From assembly GCA_020428585.1 (NCBI GenBank), contig JAGQMP010000005.1:6152-70151 (forward strand): a stretch of DNA of 64,000 nt. Reading direction: 5' to 3'. The position numbers and the translations under genes were made by a program. Positions within the stretch are counted from its first letter, which is position 1. Every line of letters begins with the position of its first letter. This DNA comes from Patescibacteria group bacterium. Its GTDB lineage: Bacteria > Patescibacteriota > Minisyncoccia > Phycocordibacterales > UBA1006. The notes beneath the pieces were generated by a model, which saw only the letters and a list, made by a program, of their open reading frames with translations, made no database searches and was not told the DNA's origin. Shown here one piece after another: positions 36,768 through 46,533 of the stretch.

Positions 36768-37451
36768 CTATTCAGCATCGTCTGTTGTCTCGACGATAAT
36801 GGTTTCTTCATAGATCATGACGTTCTCGGCAGGTGCTGATTCAGCAACGCCAGTACCAAGAGTTCGATAAAGCCGTGCCCACACAAGGTACGTTACAGGG
36901 ATCGTAATCGCAAGACCAATCACCAAGGCAATCAACCCAAAGAGATTAAAGAATAGCACCACGATAAACAACCAAAAGATTTTCCATCGATTGCCAGCTG
37001 TTAGTTCCCAGCTCTTTTTAAATGATTCAAAAATACCCTCGCCTTCTTCTGCAATCAGATACTGGGCAAACATAAATCCAACCAACGCGACGAGTCCCGG
37101 AATGACGAGGAGTACCATACCAAGACCAACCATCGCGCCGTACAACAAGGCAACCACGAGGAAGTAAACGAAATGTGATATTGATTTCGCTCCGTGGAAG
37201 ATATCTTCAATCTTGCGAGGTTTCCCATCAACAATATTCAACAACAGGCGAATAAACCCAAGGCTGAGGTACATCTGGAGGAGCCACCCGAGAAGCCCGA
37301 TAATTGAGGCTCCGTGAAATCCATGACCCATCTTGCCAAGCATTCCTACCAAAGCAAAGATAATGCCAATAAGGATCAATATCCCCCAGTTCTGTTTGTA
37401 ATCATTCCAGGCAGCCCGAAAGAGGTCGCCAATACTAAAGCTTTTCTTCAT
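36768..37451 (-). CDS. Multi-pass membrane protein (DUF975-like)
   Basis: Repeated hydrophobic segments. N-terminal FRAAWNDYKQNW motif. Confidence 0.5.
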   Translation of the reverse strand: MKKSFSIGDLFRAAWNDYKQNWGILILIGIIFALVGMLGKMGHGFHGASIIGLLGWLLQMYLSLGFIRLLLNIVDGKPRKIEDIFHGAKSISHFVYFLVVALLYGAMVGLGMVLLVIPGLVALVGFMFAQYLIAEEGEGIFESFKKSWELTAGNRWKIFWLFIVVLFFNLFGLIALVIGLAITIPVTYLVWARLYRTLGTGVAESAPAENVMIYEETIIVETTDDAE

Positions 37452-37505
37452 ACCCTGCCATTATATCAAAATTTGAACTAGAGGTCTCACTCCAACATAA
37501 ACGGT

Positions 37506-37533
37506 ATTCTAGTATTCGTACGAATACTAGAAT
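37506..37533. promoter_or_regulatory. Perfect 28-bp palindrome ATTCTAGTATTCGTACGAATACTAGAAT downstream of arsR and upstream of the membrane-protein gene. Candidate operator.
   Basis: Checked by hand. Confidence 0.6.
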
Positions 37534-37536
37534 ACT

Positions 37537-37878
37537 TTATCCTGGTAAAATATTTTGATCGGTAAGCTTTTTGATAAATTGGGCTAATAATCGACCTTCA
37601 TTGCTAAGTCTATGATGTACGGAGTTACCTTCATATTTTTTGTAAACCAATCCTAGAGTATGAAGCTTTTTAACGTGGAAAGAAATGTTCTTAAAATCAC
37701 CCCCCACAAGTTGATTAATTTGGTCTAAATTCATACCAGGTTGTTCTAGTAGAACAAAAAGAATATGGGCACGGAAATGATTAGCCCCTCCTTGCAATAT
37801 AGTCTGAATTTCAGGAAATGATTTTGGTGCTATGATTCGACTCTTTCGTTCTAGATTTTTTTGTTGGGGTGATTTCAT
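37537..37878 (-). CDS. ArsR/SmtB-family winged-helix transcriptional regulator
   Basis: RAHILFVLLEQPGMNLDQINQLVGGDFKNISFHVKKLHTLGLV matches the ArsR HTH pattern. Confidence 0.65.
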   Translation of the reverse strand: MKSPQQKNLERKSRIIAPKSFPEIQTILQGGANHFRAHILFVLLEQPGMNLDQINQLVGGDFKNISFHVKKLHTLGLVYKKYEGNSVHHRLSNEGRLLAQFIKKLTDQNILPG

Positions 37879-37904
37879 GCCTCACTATTATAGCCTTTTA
37901 TTTT

Positions 37905-37942
37905 CTTCTATTCTAGTATTCGTACGAATACTAGAATAGAAG
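37905..37942. promoter_or_regulatory. Perfect 38-bp palindrome CTTCTATTCTAGTATTCGTACGAATACTAGAATAGAAG in the arsR/cysS divergent promoter region. Contains the same 28-bp core as 37506-37533.
   Basis: Checked by hand. Confidence 0.6.
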
Positions 37943-37955
37943 TTGAAATGTAGTT

Positions 37956-37964
37956 TGGTATAAT
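37956..37964 (+). promoter_or_regulatory. Extended -10 element TGGTATAAT for cysS
   Basis: tttgGTATAATttgggtt, ~19 nt before the cysS ATG. Confidence 0.45.
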
Positions 37965-37982
37965 TTGGGTTATAAAAGTATT

Positions 37983-39365
37983 ATGAAGCTCTATAACAGT
38001 CTCACAAAAGAGAAAGATTACGTGGAAACGATCACCCCTGGCAAGGTGTCAATGTACCACTGTGGGCCGACCGTCTACGATCATGTGCATGTGGGAAACC
38101 TGCGTTCCTTTATACTGGGCGACCTTTTGAGGCGTAGTTTTGCTTATCTGGGTTACGAGGTATTGCAGGTGATGAATATCACTGATGTTGGTCATCTGGT
38201 GTCTGATGGGGATGAGGGTGACGACAAGATGACCAAAGCCTTGAAACGTGAAGGTAAAGAGGTAAGCGTTGAAAACATGCTATCAATCGCACGAATCTAC
38301 GAGGCAAGTTTTCTGAAAGATCTCGCTGATTTGAACGTCCTACTACCCCATCATCTACCTCGAGCATCTGAACATATCGATGATGATATTGCGATCATTA
38401 AAAAATTAGAAGAACGTGGGTTTACCTATACCACCAGTGATGGTGTGTACTTTGATACCTCAAAGATGTCTGATTACGGCAAACTTGGAGGTCTCAACCA
38501 GGACGATGGCGAAAGTCGAATCAGTGGCAATGCCGAAAAACATCAGCCTGCCGATTTCGCCCTATGGAAATTTGATCAGAACCTTGGCTGGGATTCACCC
38601 TGGGGTCAAGGATTTCCTGGTTGGCATATCGAATGTTCTGGTATGGGTATGCGTTATTTAGGAGAGCAATTTGATATTCACACGGGTGGCAGCGATTTAA
38701 AGAGTGTTCATCATAACAACGAAATTGCTCAATCCGAATGTGCGACCGGGGTCTGTCCATATGTTAAATACTGGGTTCACGGCGAGATGCTTAATTTTGG
38801 TGGAGCAAAGCTATCAAAATCAACCGGTGGAAACATTACCCTGCAAAGCCTCAAAGAACGTGAGATTGAACCCTTGGCCTATCGGTATCTGGTTTTGCAA
38901 ACGCATTATCGTAGTCCTATGAGCTTTACCTACGAAGGCCTCAAGGCCACTGAAACCGGCCTCAAACGTATTCGCAAAGAGGTTATCAAATTACGCGAAC
39001 TCGCAGGTGGTACCCATGGAACCGTCAGCGGAAATAGCAAAGTTCAATTCACTGAAAAAATCGAAGACGACCTCAATATGCCGCAGGCCCTAGCAGTTTT
39101 TCACGATGTTTTGAAATCTGACCTTGATCCGGCTGATAAACTGGTTACGTTGTATGATTTTGATCGTGTCCTTGGTCTTGGGCTTGAATATTACGAAGAA
39201 GCATCATTTGAAATTTCAGAAGAAATCCAACATCTTCTCAATCAGCGAAAAGAAGCCCGGGATGCAAAAGATTTTGAGGCTTCAGATCGTATTCGAGACC
39301 AACTGTCAGATATGGGATACACGGTGTCTGATAGTGATGGTGAACAGAGGATAACAAAAAAATAA
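37983..39365 (+). CDS. cysS: Cysteinyl-tRNA synthetase
   Basis: MYHCGPTVYDHVHVGNLRSF (HIGH). KLSKS. Zinc-ligand cysteines. The ORF-track start at 37965 is a TTG inside the -10 box; the ATG at 37983 is preferred. Confidence 0.9.
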   Translation: MKLYNSLTKEKDYVETITPGKVSMYHCGPTVYDHVHVGNLRSFILGDLLRRSFAYLGYEVLQVMNITDVGHLVSDGDEGDDKMTKALKREGKEVSVENMLSIARIYEASFLKDLADLNVLLPHHLPRASEHIDDDIAIIKKLEERGFTYTTSDGVYFDTSKMSDYGKLGGLNQDDGESRISGNAEKHQPADFALWKFDQNLGWDSPWGQGFPGWHIECSGMGMRYLGEQFDIHTGGSDLKSVHHNNEIAQSECATGVCPYVKYWVHGEMLNFGGAKLSKSTGGNITLQSLKEREIEPLAYRYLVLQTHYRSPMSFTYEGLKATETGLKRIRKEVIKLRELAGGTHGTVSGNSKVQFTEKIEDDLNMPQALAVFHDVLKSDLDPADKLVTLYDFDRVLGLGLEYYEEASFEISEEIQHLLNQRKEARDAKDFEASDRIRDQLSDMGYTVSDSDGEQRITKK

Positions 39366-39388
39366 AAGAACCTTGTTGGGTTCTTTTA
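39366..39388 (+). terminator. Intrinsic terminator aagaacc-ttgttg-ggttctt + T-run
   Basis: Read directly from the sequence. Confidence 0.65.
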
Positions 39389-39390
39389 GA

Positions 39391-39666
39391 TTACAAATGC
39401 TCGTCAATGTAGGTGTTAATCTCAATCCGCCATTCTCTAATCCATGCTTGAACCTTGGCAAAAAATCCATCGATGCCCGAGGTCACTTCGACTAGGGCTT
39501 CTTGGTCGCCTTTTGGCAGGGTGTCGCCGATCTCGTCTTCGAGGTTATTTTCACGAATGGCACGCTGAGTCGAAGATTCTTGATTGACCGCGGCGGAATT
39601 GGTAATCGCGTCGTAGGCAAAGTACCCCATGCCAATAATGATAATAATGACGAGAAAGACTTTCAT
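39391..39666 (-). CDS. Small hypothetical exported/membrane protein
   Basis: N-terminal hydrophobic MKVFLVIIIIIGMGYFAY. Confidence 0.4.
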   Translation of the reverse strand: MKVFLVIIIIIGMGYFAYDAITNSAAVNQESSTQRAIRENNLEDEIGDTLPKGDQEALVEVTSGIDGFFAKVQAWIREWRIEINTYIDEHL

Positions 39667-39679
39667 TGGATTAAGTATA

Positions 39680-40702
39680 CTATAGTTTCGTATAGCCAGT
39701 ACTGACGATCAGTATCTTTTTATCTCTTGGTAGCTGGTCTTTCATTTGCAGCATCAACCCTAGCCCAGCAAGAGCTGAAGGCTCTGATTGGATTTTCCGA
39801 TCTTGACTTTCGATGATTACTTGAGCTTCACGAATAAATTGTTCCCCTACGGCATAGACATTTGATTCTCTTCCGCAAAGACCCCTGTCTTTGTAGGTCT
39901 TGAGCCATCGCTCGTTATAATGAGAAAAAGGTAAATGTGGTGAATACAATTTATTTGCCAAAGACTCAGGATTATTCGTAGTAGCACCAATAAAACTACA
40001 ATCTCTTAATTTTTTAACATTACCAGAGAACCTTGGATCGTGTTGTAGTGATGTAATCTCTTGTTTACTCACGTTTAAAATATTTTCATAAAGAGCTCCT
40101 GTGCCGAACGGGATAAAACAATAGTCTGGTGAACTATTAACGATCTCGTACGAGAGCCAATCATAAAAACGAGTATCAGGATCAAGGGTTTCATCAGAGG
40201 TAATATCGATACCGTCAGGATTGTTAGTTAACGCTAAAATCTCTTCTGAATCGAGAGGTTTTCTTGAGAGATCAGTGAAGAAGAGTTTACAACCTATATC
40301 TTTTAATTTAGCAACAATCTCTTTAGATACAGAATAATCAAGCAACGCATGTAGAGACGGTAATTCATAAGTCTTAAGCTGTGTCTGAACCGCCAAGGCA
40401 GCAGACCCAGATGAGATAATCGACATAACCGGAAGATCATTAATGATCCCACGTTCCTTTGATAAAAGGTAATCCCTATAGGTGACCACCATTTCCCAGG
40501 CCATCCGATCTTTGTGGGTTCCTGTTGGGTTTGTACTCTCATCCTTAAACCAAACATCATCAAATCCGGGAATTTTAATTTTATAAGTTTCAGAGGCGGG
40601 AAATCGCGGATTATCAGCTGGAAATTCAGGATTAAGGGGATCATTATCAGAAGCGATAATAATTTTATCAAGGGTTTCTTTTTCCGATTTTGTAAGAGAC
40701 AT
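39680..40702 (-). CDS. PLP-dependent enzyme of the tryptophan-synthase-beta superfamily (threonine-synthase-like), in a lower-GC segment
   Basis: PLP-lysine motif KDESTNPTGTHKDRMA (compare K.E..NPTGSFKDR). Confidence 0.5.
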   Translation of the reverse strand: MSLTKSEKETLDKIIIASDNDPLNPEFPADNPRFPASETYKIKIPGFDDVWFKDESTNPTGTHKDRMAWEMVVTYRDYLLSKERGIINDLPVMSIISSGSAALAVQTQLKTYELPSLHALLDYSVSKEIVAKLKDIGCKLFFTDLSRKPLDSEEILALTNNPDGIDITSDETLDPDTRFYDWLSYEIVNSSPDYCFIPFGTGALYENILNVSKQEITSLQHDPRFSGNVKKLRDCSFIGATTNNPESLANKLYSPHLPFSHYNERWLKTYKDRGLCGRESNVYAVGEQFIREAQVIIESQDRKIQSEPSALAGLGLMLQMKDQLPRDKKILIVSTGYTKL

Positions 40703-40734
40703 AGATAGTAGAAGTATACAAAAAAGAGGGGGTT

Positions 40735-41781
40735 TTAATACCCCTCTCCTCGCAAGGCTTCCATCGCTTCTTTGGCTTTTTTGGATAGTTTTTTAGGAAC
40801 CTTGATTTTAATGACGATCATCAGGTTACCTTTGGCGCGGTCAGTGACAATTCCCTTTCCTGCGACGCGCAGGGTGGTACCGTGACTGGTTCCGGCAGGT
40901 ACCTTCACGTCGATCTTTTTATCGTCCAGCATCGTGATCGTTCGGGTAGCGCCAAGGACAGCGTCCGACATTGGGACTTCTTCTTCGAGGATGAGATCAA
41001 GTCCATTTCGACGGAATTTCGCGTGTGACTTTACCAGAATCTGGACAAAGAGGTCCCCGGCCGGGCCGCCCTTGACCGCCTCGCCTCGGGCAGTGATGCG
41101 CAAGGTATCACCCGAGGTGATCCCGGCAGGTATGGTAAATTCGATGGTATTTTTTTCTCTGGTCACCCCTGCCCCTCGACAGGTATCGCACTTCTTTTCA
41201 GGAACCTTACCGGATCCTTCACAGGTCGGACAATCGGTGACGGTGGCAAAGATACCCATCATCTGGGTCTGCACCTTTCCCCGACCATCACATTCGGGAC
41301 AGGTGGTCATTGATGAACCCTTGTCGGCACCCGTACCTGAACAATCGTCGCAGGACTTGGTATGATCAATGGTCACGGATTTTTTCACACCAAAGACGGC
41401 TTCTTCGAAGGTCAGCTCAACACGGACCTGGAGGTCAGATCCCCGACGTCTCCTTGAACGGCGTCCACCGCCAAACAGATCTCCGAGGTCAATGTCACCA
41501 AAATCAAACCCGCCAGCATTCTGAAATCCCGAGAAATCAAATCCACCGAATCCCTGCGCGCCACCCATGTTTGGCCCTGCTGAACCAAATCGGTCGTATT
41601 GAGCGCGTTTATCCTTGTTCGACAATACCTGGTAGGCTTCGTTTGCCTCTTTGAACTTTTTCTCGTCACCGCCGGCTTTATCGGGATGGTGTTGGTGCGC
41701 GATCTTGCGAAAAGCCTTCTTGATCTCGTCATCACTGGCATTTTTCTCAACACCTAAAATTTTGTAGTAATCTTTGTTCAT
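40735..41781 (-). CDS. dnaJ: Chaperone DnaJ
   Basis: J domain DYYKILGV...HPDK. Four CxxCxGxG repeats. C-terminal peptide-binding domains. Confidence 0.95.
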   Translation of the reverse strand: MNKDYYKILGVEKNASDDEIKKAFRKIAHQHHPDKAGGDEKKFKEANEAYQVLSNKDKRAQYDRFGSAGPNMGGAQGFGGFDFSGFQNAGGFDFGDIDLGDLFGGGRRSRRRRGSDLQVRVELTFEEAVFGVKKSVTIDHTKSCDDCSGTGADKGSSMTTCPECDGRGKVQTQMMGIFATVTDCPTCEGSGKVPEKKCDTCRGAGVTREKNTIEFTIPAGITSGDTLRITARGEAVKGGPAGDLFVQILVKSHAKFRRNGLDLILEEEVPMSDAVLGATRTITMLDDKKIDVKVPAGTSHGTTLRVAGKGIVTDRAKGNLMIVIKIKVPKKLSKKAKEAMEALRGEGY

Positions 41782-41786
41782 AATGC

Positions 41787-42245
41787 TTAGATGGAAAATG
41801 TACCGACGATTGGTTGTTCAAGTTTCAGGTAATCACCCCTACCCATCTGTAGAGAGTCAGTTCTCAATCCAATGTTGAAATTTAGAACGTCTTCGAGGGC
41901 ATCGTCAGCATAGGTTTGTAAACCAATAATCGAGCCAAAGGGTGGTACCGATCCCGGCTCACAACCAAACTCTTCTTCAACGTGCGGGTGAAAGCTCACC
42001 TTCTCGCCAACCAATTCTTGAACCTTCTTGGTATCAACCCTTCTATCGGCAGGAATGACCACCAAAACAGACTGTTTGGTTTTCTTCCCTCTCAGAACGA
42101 TAGCCTTGGCCCCCGAACTCATGGAAACACCTCTCAGATTAGAGGCTTCTTGACTCGTGCGGACCGGTTCGTGCACGTCGTGTTGGTGTTTAATGCCTGC
42201 CTCTCTGACCATATTTAGTATTTCGTCTCGGTGTTGTTTTGACAT
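41787..42245 (-). CDS. YbaK/ProX-family aminoacyl-tRNA trans-editing deacylase-like protein
   Basis: [22 protein letters not shown]...[11 protein letters not shown] resembles the YbaK/ProRS-INS domain. Stop lies 5 nt upstream of the dnaJ start. Confidence 0.5.
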   Translation of the reverse strand: MSKQHRDEILNMVREAGIKHQHDVHEPVRTSQEASNLRGVSMSSGAKAIVLRGKKTKQSVLVVIPADRRVDTKKVQELVGEKVSFHPHVEEEFGCEPGSVPPFGSIIGLQTYADDALEDVLNFNIGLRTDSLQMGRGDYLKLEQPIVGTFSI

Positions 42246-42315
42246 GATAATTATGAGTTTATTACTCAATCGTACCAATATTCTGAGATATTAGTACTCA
42301 GGAGAATAAGTAATA

Positions 42316-42594
42316 TTGCTAAATATTAAGATGTATGATATAGTAAGAGAAATTCTAACCCAAAATCAAATGAGAACACAGACGAAAAGATTAATTTTAA
42401 GTTTGGTTACTGTAATAATAATTGAGACAATTCCTTGCTTTCTTCTAGTTAAATATCATCAACCAATAGAAGAAAATGGAAATATTACAGCAGTCTTTGT
42501 AGTAGGTTTTCTACTCTATCAAGGAATTGTTGCGCTCTTAGCATCTAATATTGCAAATAAGGTTTACGGTAAATACCATGAGGGACCCCTCTAA
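42316..42594 (+). CDS. Small hypothetical membrane protein in an AT-rich island
   Basis: Two hydrophobic segments. Terminator-like hairpin follows at 42640-42675. Confidence 0.35.
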   Translation: MLNIKMYDIVREILTQNQMRTQTKRLILSLVTVIIIETIPCFLLVKYHQPIEENGNITAVFVVGFLLYQGIVALLASNIANKVYGKYHEGPL

Positions 42595-42715
42595 ATTCTA
42601 TTTTAAGTACCCTCAGAAAGAACGCACAAACTTACTGACATGCCCTTCTTCCAGAGGGGCTTTTTTTATTTTGTGAATATGATTAAATAAAGTCAAACCT
42701 TTAACCAGCTTACAA

Positions 42716-43024
42716 ATGAAGACATACTATTTCATCAAATTCGGCGTTACCTACTATAGACTGGGAGAAACAGAGACTTCTTATACCCCACAACAGGGCG
42801 ACCTAGTACACCTACCAGTAGACCCGAGCCAAAAAGACATTTCAATAATCACCCTTGTCGTAGGTAAACGTCATAGGAATAAGATCAACAATAACTTGTA
42901 CTGCTCTGTTGAATTACATAACAGTAAGGATAAAGAACAAGGTGACCGACATAGGGAAATCTTGTGCAAATTAGTCACCTCAACATGGGAGCCTATTGGA
43001 CACAATTTTCCACCGAAAAATTAA
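42716..43024 (+). CDS. Hypothetical protein in an AT-rich island
   Basis: 102-aa ORF. No motif recognised. Confidence 0.3.
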   Translation: MKTYYFIKFGVTYYRLGETETSYTPQQGDLVHLPVDPSQKDISIITLVVGKRHRNKINNNLYCSVELHNSKDKEQGDRHREILCKLVTSTWEPIGHNFPPKN

Positions 43025-43192
43025 TTCTTCTTTTTCACTTATAGCCCAACAGCTTTCTGTTAGGGCTTTTCTTATACATCCGACAGATCTGTTGTTTAGC
43101 ATTTATTTCAATATTCCTTCCGGGCTTACATAAAGATTTCGTCTAAAACCACGGAAAAATTTCTCAAGATATTTCAACTGTTTGAACGTAGT

Positions 43193-43290
43193 GAGTTTTG
43201 AAATATCAGAAATTTTTCTGTAGGTTTTTAGAAACCTGTTGTGAGCTCGAAAACTTTTTTGTTTCTTTTTTCGTTTGAAAAAAGAAAGTT
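43193..43290 (-). repeat. Copy B of the repeated 3-prime element, immediately after the dnaK stop and in the same orientation relative to dnaK as copy A is to dnaB
   Basis: See 16274-16360. Includes the A/T hairpin ttcttttttc-gttt-gaaaaaagaa. Confidence 0.6.
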
Positions 43291-43294
43291 TTGT

Positions 43295-45202
43295 TTATTT
43301 ATCATCAGAAGCATCTTCAGCCTCTACATCAACGGTTTCTCCGTCTTTAGGCCCCTCGGCTTCGCTCGGGGCGGCGTCAGAAGCCGCGGCTTCTGACGCC
43401 GCCTTTTGCTGCATGATTTCGCCGATCTTTTGCATAGATTCTGACAATTCAGACGTTTTCTTTTCAATTGCGTCTTTATCGTCGCCGTCTTTGACTTCTT
43501 TCAAAGCCTTGAGTGCTTCTTCGATCTTGGTCTTGGTTTCATCGTCTACCTGGTCGCCATAATCTTTCAATGACTTTTCAGCCGTAAAGATCATGGAATC
43601 GGCCATATTGCGTACGTCGATCAATTCTTTCTTTTTCTTGTCTTCTTCGGCGTGTTCTTCGGCATCCCGTTGCATCTTTTTAATCTCATCGTCAGAGAGT
43701 TTTGAACCTCCTTCGATGCGGATAGAGTTTTCTTTGCCGGTTGATTTATCTTTAGCTGATACTTCGAGGATTCCGTTTGCATCAACGTTAAAAGTCACCT
43801 CTACCTGCGGTACGCCGCGTGGTGCTGGTGGAATACCCTCGAGAATAAATCGGCCCAAAGATTTATTATCGGTTGCCATAGGTCGTTCACCTTGAACGAT
43901 GTGGATTTCTACCGAAGTCTGATTATCAGCGGCAGTCGAGAATACTTGTGATGCCTCAGCAGGAATCGTGGTGTTCTTTTCAACCAGTTTGGTCGCAACA
44001 CCACCCATGGTTTCAATCGAGAGTGACAGTGGAATAACATCGAGAAGAAGTACATCTTTCACGTCTCCTTGCATGACCCCTCCTTGCAGCGCAGCACCCA
44101 ATGCCACGACTTCGTCAGGGTTGATTGATTTGTTTGGTTCTTTACCGAAGATTTCTTTTACCAGTTCGGTGATCTTTGGCATACGCGTTTGACCTCCGAC
44201 GAGGATAATCTCGTCAATGTCCTTGGCATCCATGCCAGCTGACTTTAGTACGTCTTTGGTGATTTCGATTGATTTATCAAGGAATGGTGCGGCCAGTTCT
44301 TCGAGTTTTGCTCGAGACAGCTTCATCAAGAGGTGCTGTGGTCCTTCATCCCCAGAAGCGATAAATGGAATGTTAATTTCAGTTTCGGTCGTGTTCGATA
44401 ATTCATGTTTTGCCTTTTCGGCTGCTTCTTTGAGGCGCTGAAGGGCCAAAACGTCTTTGGTGACATCGATGCCTGATTCTTTTTTGTATTCAGTACCAAT
44501 CCAGTCGATGATTGCACGGTCAATATCTTCACCACCCATGTGGGCGTCTCCGCCGGTTGCTTTTACTTCGACCACATCGTCTCCCACCTCGAGGACTGAC
44601 ACATCAAAGGTTCCACCTCCAAAGTCATACACCACGATTTTCTCGTCTTTCTTTTTATTGAACCCATAGGCAAGAGCCGCGGCGGTTGGTTCGTTGATGA
44701 TACGCTTTACCTCAAGTCCTGCGATCTTACCTGCGTCTTTGGTTGCCTGACGTTGAGCATCATCAAAGTAGGCCGGCACGGTGATGACGGCTTCGGTGAT
44801 TGTTTCACCTGTTTTTTCTTCAACATCGGTTTTGATCTTTTTCAAAATCATCGCCGAGATTTCTTCGGGACTGTAATCCTTGTCATTCATTTCGATGACC
44901 ACCTTGTCTCCGTCCCCTGCCTTGATCGTGAAAGGAGAATTTTTCAGATCCTTCTGAATGGCATCGTCACTGAACTTGTGACCCATGTACCGCTTAACCC
45001 CAAAGATCGTGTTCTTTGGGTTGGTCACCGCCTGACGTTTCGCTAAAAGACCGACGAGGCGGTCGCCGTTCTTGCCAATCGCGGCAATCGAAGGGGTCGT
45101 CCGATTTCCTTCGTTGTTTTCAATAATTTTTGGCTGTCCGCCTTCTACGAAGGCAACGGCTGAGTTGGTAGTTCCTAGGTCAATTCCAATAATTTTGCTC
45201 AT
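43295..45202 (-). CDS. dnaK: Chaperone DnaK (Hsp70)
   Basis: [23 protein letters not shown]. Full-length Hsp70. Confidence 0.97.
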   Translation of the reverse strand: MSKIIGIDLGTTNSAVAFVEGGQPKIIENNEGNRTTPSIAAIGKNGDRLVGLLAKRQAVTNPKNTIFGVKRYMGHKFSDDAIQKDLKNSPFTIKAGDGDKVVIEMNDKDYSPEEISAMILKKIKTDVEEKTGETITEAVITVPAYFDDAQRQATKDAGKIAGLEVKRIINEPTAAALAYGFNKKKDEKIVVYDFGGGTFDVSVLEVGDDVVEVKATGGDAHMGGEDIDRAIIDWIGTEYKKESGIDVTKDVLALQRLKEAAEKAKHELSNTTETEINIPFIASGDEGPQHLLMKLSRAKLEELAAPFLDKSIEITKDVLKSAGMDAKDIDEIILVGGQTRMPKITELVKEIFGKEPNKSINPDEVVALGAALQGGVMQGDVKDVLLLDVIPLSLSIETMGGVATKLVEKNTTIPAEASQVFSTAADNQTSVEIHIVQGERPMATDNKSLGRFILEGIPPAPRGVPQVEVTFNVDANGILEVSAKDKSTGKENSIRIEGGSKLSDDEIKKMQRDAEEHAEEDKKKKELIDVRNMADSMIFTAEKSLKDYGDQVDDETKTKIEEALKALKEVKDGDDKDAIEKKTSELSESMQKIGEIMQQKAASEAAASDAAPSEAEGPKDGETVDVEAEDASDDK

Positions 45203-45235
45203 GATGATGTGTGGTTATTAAATGAATAATGTTAA

Positions 45236-45805
45236 TTAAGCTGCGCTCGTAAGTTTTACTTTTGCAGGACGAAGAATAATGTCCTTACCGCGATAGCCTT
45301 TCTGAATAATGGATGCGACGGTCAAGTCGCCATCCCCTTCGTGGCCTTCGACAGGTTCATGAATGTTCGGATCAAAGGGTACGCCAGTCTGATCGATCGG
45401 TGAGACGCCATAGGTATCGAGCGTGTTCATAAACTGGGTGTAGATGTACTCAACACCGGTGCGCCAGGCGGGATCGACTTTTTCCCAGGCCTCTTTGTTA
45501 CCAAAGGCCATATCGAATGAATCAAGGACAGGGAAGAAATCGGAAATAAGATTCAATTTCAAGGCTTCGATGCGGTCTTTGCGCTTCTTTTCTTCCTCGG
45601 CCTTGTAGTTGGCAAACGATGCACGTTCTTTCTGCCAGCCTGTCAGGTATTCGTGAGCCTGTTCTTTCGCGGCTGTTAACTCCTCACGAAGTTTTTTTTG
45701 TTTGTCTTTCTGACTGACGCCCTCGAATTCGGTAGCTTCGACCTCGATATCAATATCAGACTCGTAGGCTTCTGATTCTGTGTGTTTTGGTTTTTTGGTA
45801 CTCAT
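45236..45805 (-). CDS. grpE: Nucleotide exchange factor GrpE
   Basis: Coiled-coil N-terminus and C-terminal beta domain. Tandem with dnaK. Confidence 0.85.
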   Translation of the reverse strand: MSTKKPKHTESEAYESDIDIEVEATEFEGVSQKDKQKKLREELTAAKEQAHEYLTGWQKERASFANYKAEEEKKRKDRIEALKLNLISDFFPVLDSFDMAFGNKEAWEKVDPAWRTGVEYIYTQFMNTLDTYGVSPIDQTGVPFDPNIHEPVEGHEGDGDLTVASIIQKGYRGKDIILRPAKVKLTSAA

Positions 45806-45817
45806 AAGGCTTTTGTC

Positions 45818-45839
45818 TAACCCATAAAACCTTGGGTTA
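45818..45839. promoter_or_regulatory. Inverted repeat TAACCCA-N8-TGGGTTA 13 nt upstream of the grpE start, in the divergent promoter region shared with the PaaX-like regulator gene
   Basis: Read directly from the sequence. No CIRCE element is present. Confidence 0.35.
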
Positions 45840-45934
45840 CGGTAAAAATATACACGAATGAATATTTTTTGACAAGTTTTTCATGTATCTGAAATTATTG
45901 TAAATATAATGATTTCTGATATATTTAGGCCAGT

Positions 45935-46516
45935 ATGAGCCATAAACCTCAAAAAAAGAGCCTCCAAGAGCTGATCCTTGGCCGTCTCGCCCGCTCTCGG
46001 GCTTCACGACAAGATGACGTTGTTGAATACCTCGAAGCCGTGATTGAAGAAATAGATGGTAAGAGCCGCAAGGTGAAACCCCGCTACGTCATCAATCGCG
46101 CCATCAAAAAAATGGTCGATGATAATCTGTTATCTGAACACGAGACCGAACAATCGTCGTTCTTATCTCTGACCTCATCAGGTAGGCAAAAATTACGCAG
46201 TATTAAGCTATCATCAACCAGTCACCTGGTATCAACAACCTGGGATGGATACTGGCGTATGGTGATTGTCGATATTCCTGATAATCGAAAGAAAGATCAA
46301 GACGCGATTCGATACCTGTTAAAGAAGGCTCAATTTGTGCAAATCAAACCATCGGTATGGATTAGCCCCTACCCCCTTGAACACCTGATGATCAACATGA
46401 AAGAAGATATGGGATTTGCTGACGAGGTGATGGTCGTCGTCACCAATAAATTGGATTCCCGAACTGAGGCGGCGTTGGTAGAAAAATTTGCAGGGGAAGC
46501 AAAAAAAGAAGGCTAA
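45935..46516 (+). CDS. Putative transcriptional regulator (PaaX-like: N-terminal wHTH-like region plus a C-terminal domain with a Cas2-like sequence pattern), divergent from grpE-dnaK
   Basis: WRMVIVDIPDNRKKDQDAIRYLLKKAQFVQIKPSVWISP is similar to the PaaX C-terminal domain. Confidence 0.35.
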   Translation: MSHKPQKKSLQELILGRLARSRASRQDDVVEYLEAVIEEIDGKSRKVKPRYVINRAIKKMVDDNLLSEHETEQSSFLSLTSSGRQKLRSIKLSSTSHLVSTTWDGYWRMVIVDIPDNRKKDQDAIRYLLKKAQFVQIKPSVWISPYPLEHLMINMKEDMGFADEVMVVVTNKLDSRTEAALVEKFAGEAKKEG

Positions 46517-46533
46517 GCGCCTTCTTTTTTTTA
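46507..46533. terminator. Bidirectional terminator agaaggc-taagc-gccttct + T-run
   Basis: Read directly from the sequence. Confidence 0.65.

Noticed and set aside
37965-37982. TTG start for cysS given by the ORF track
   Set aside because: It lies within the extended -10 promoter element. The ATG at 37983 gives the canonical CysS N-terminus.
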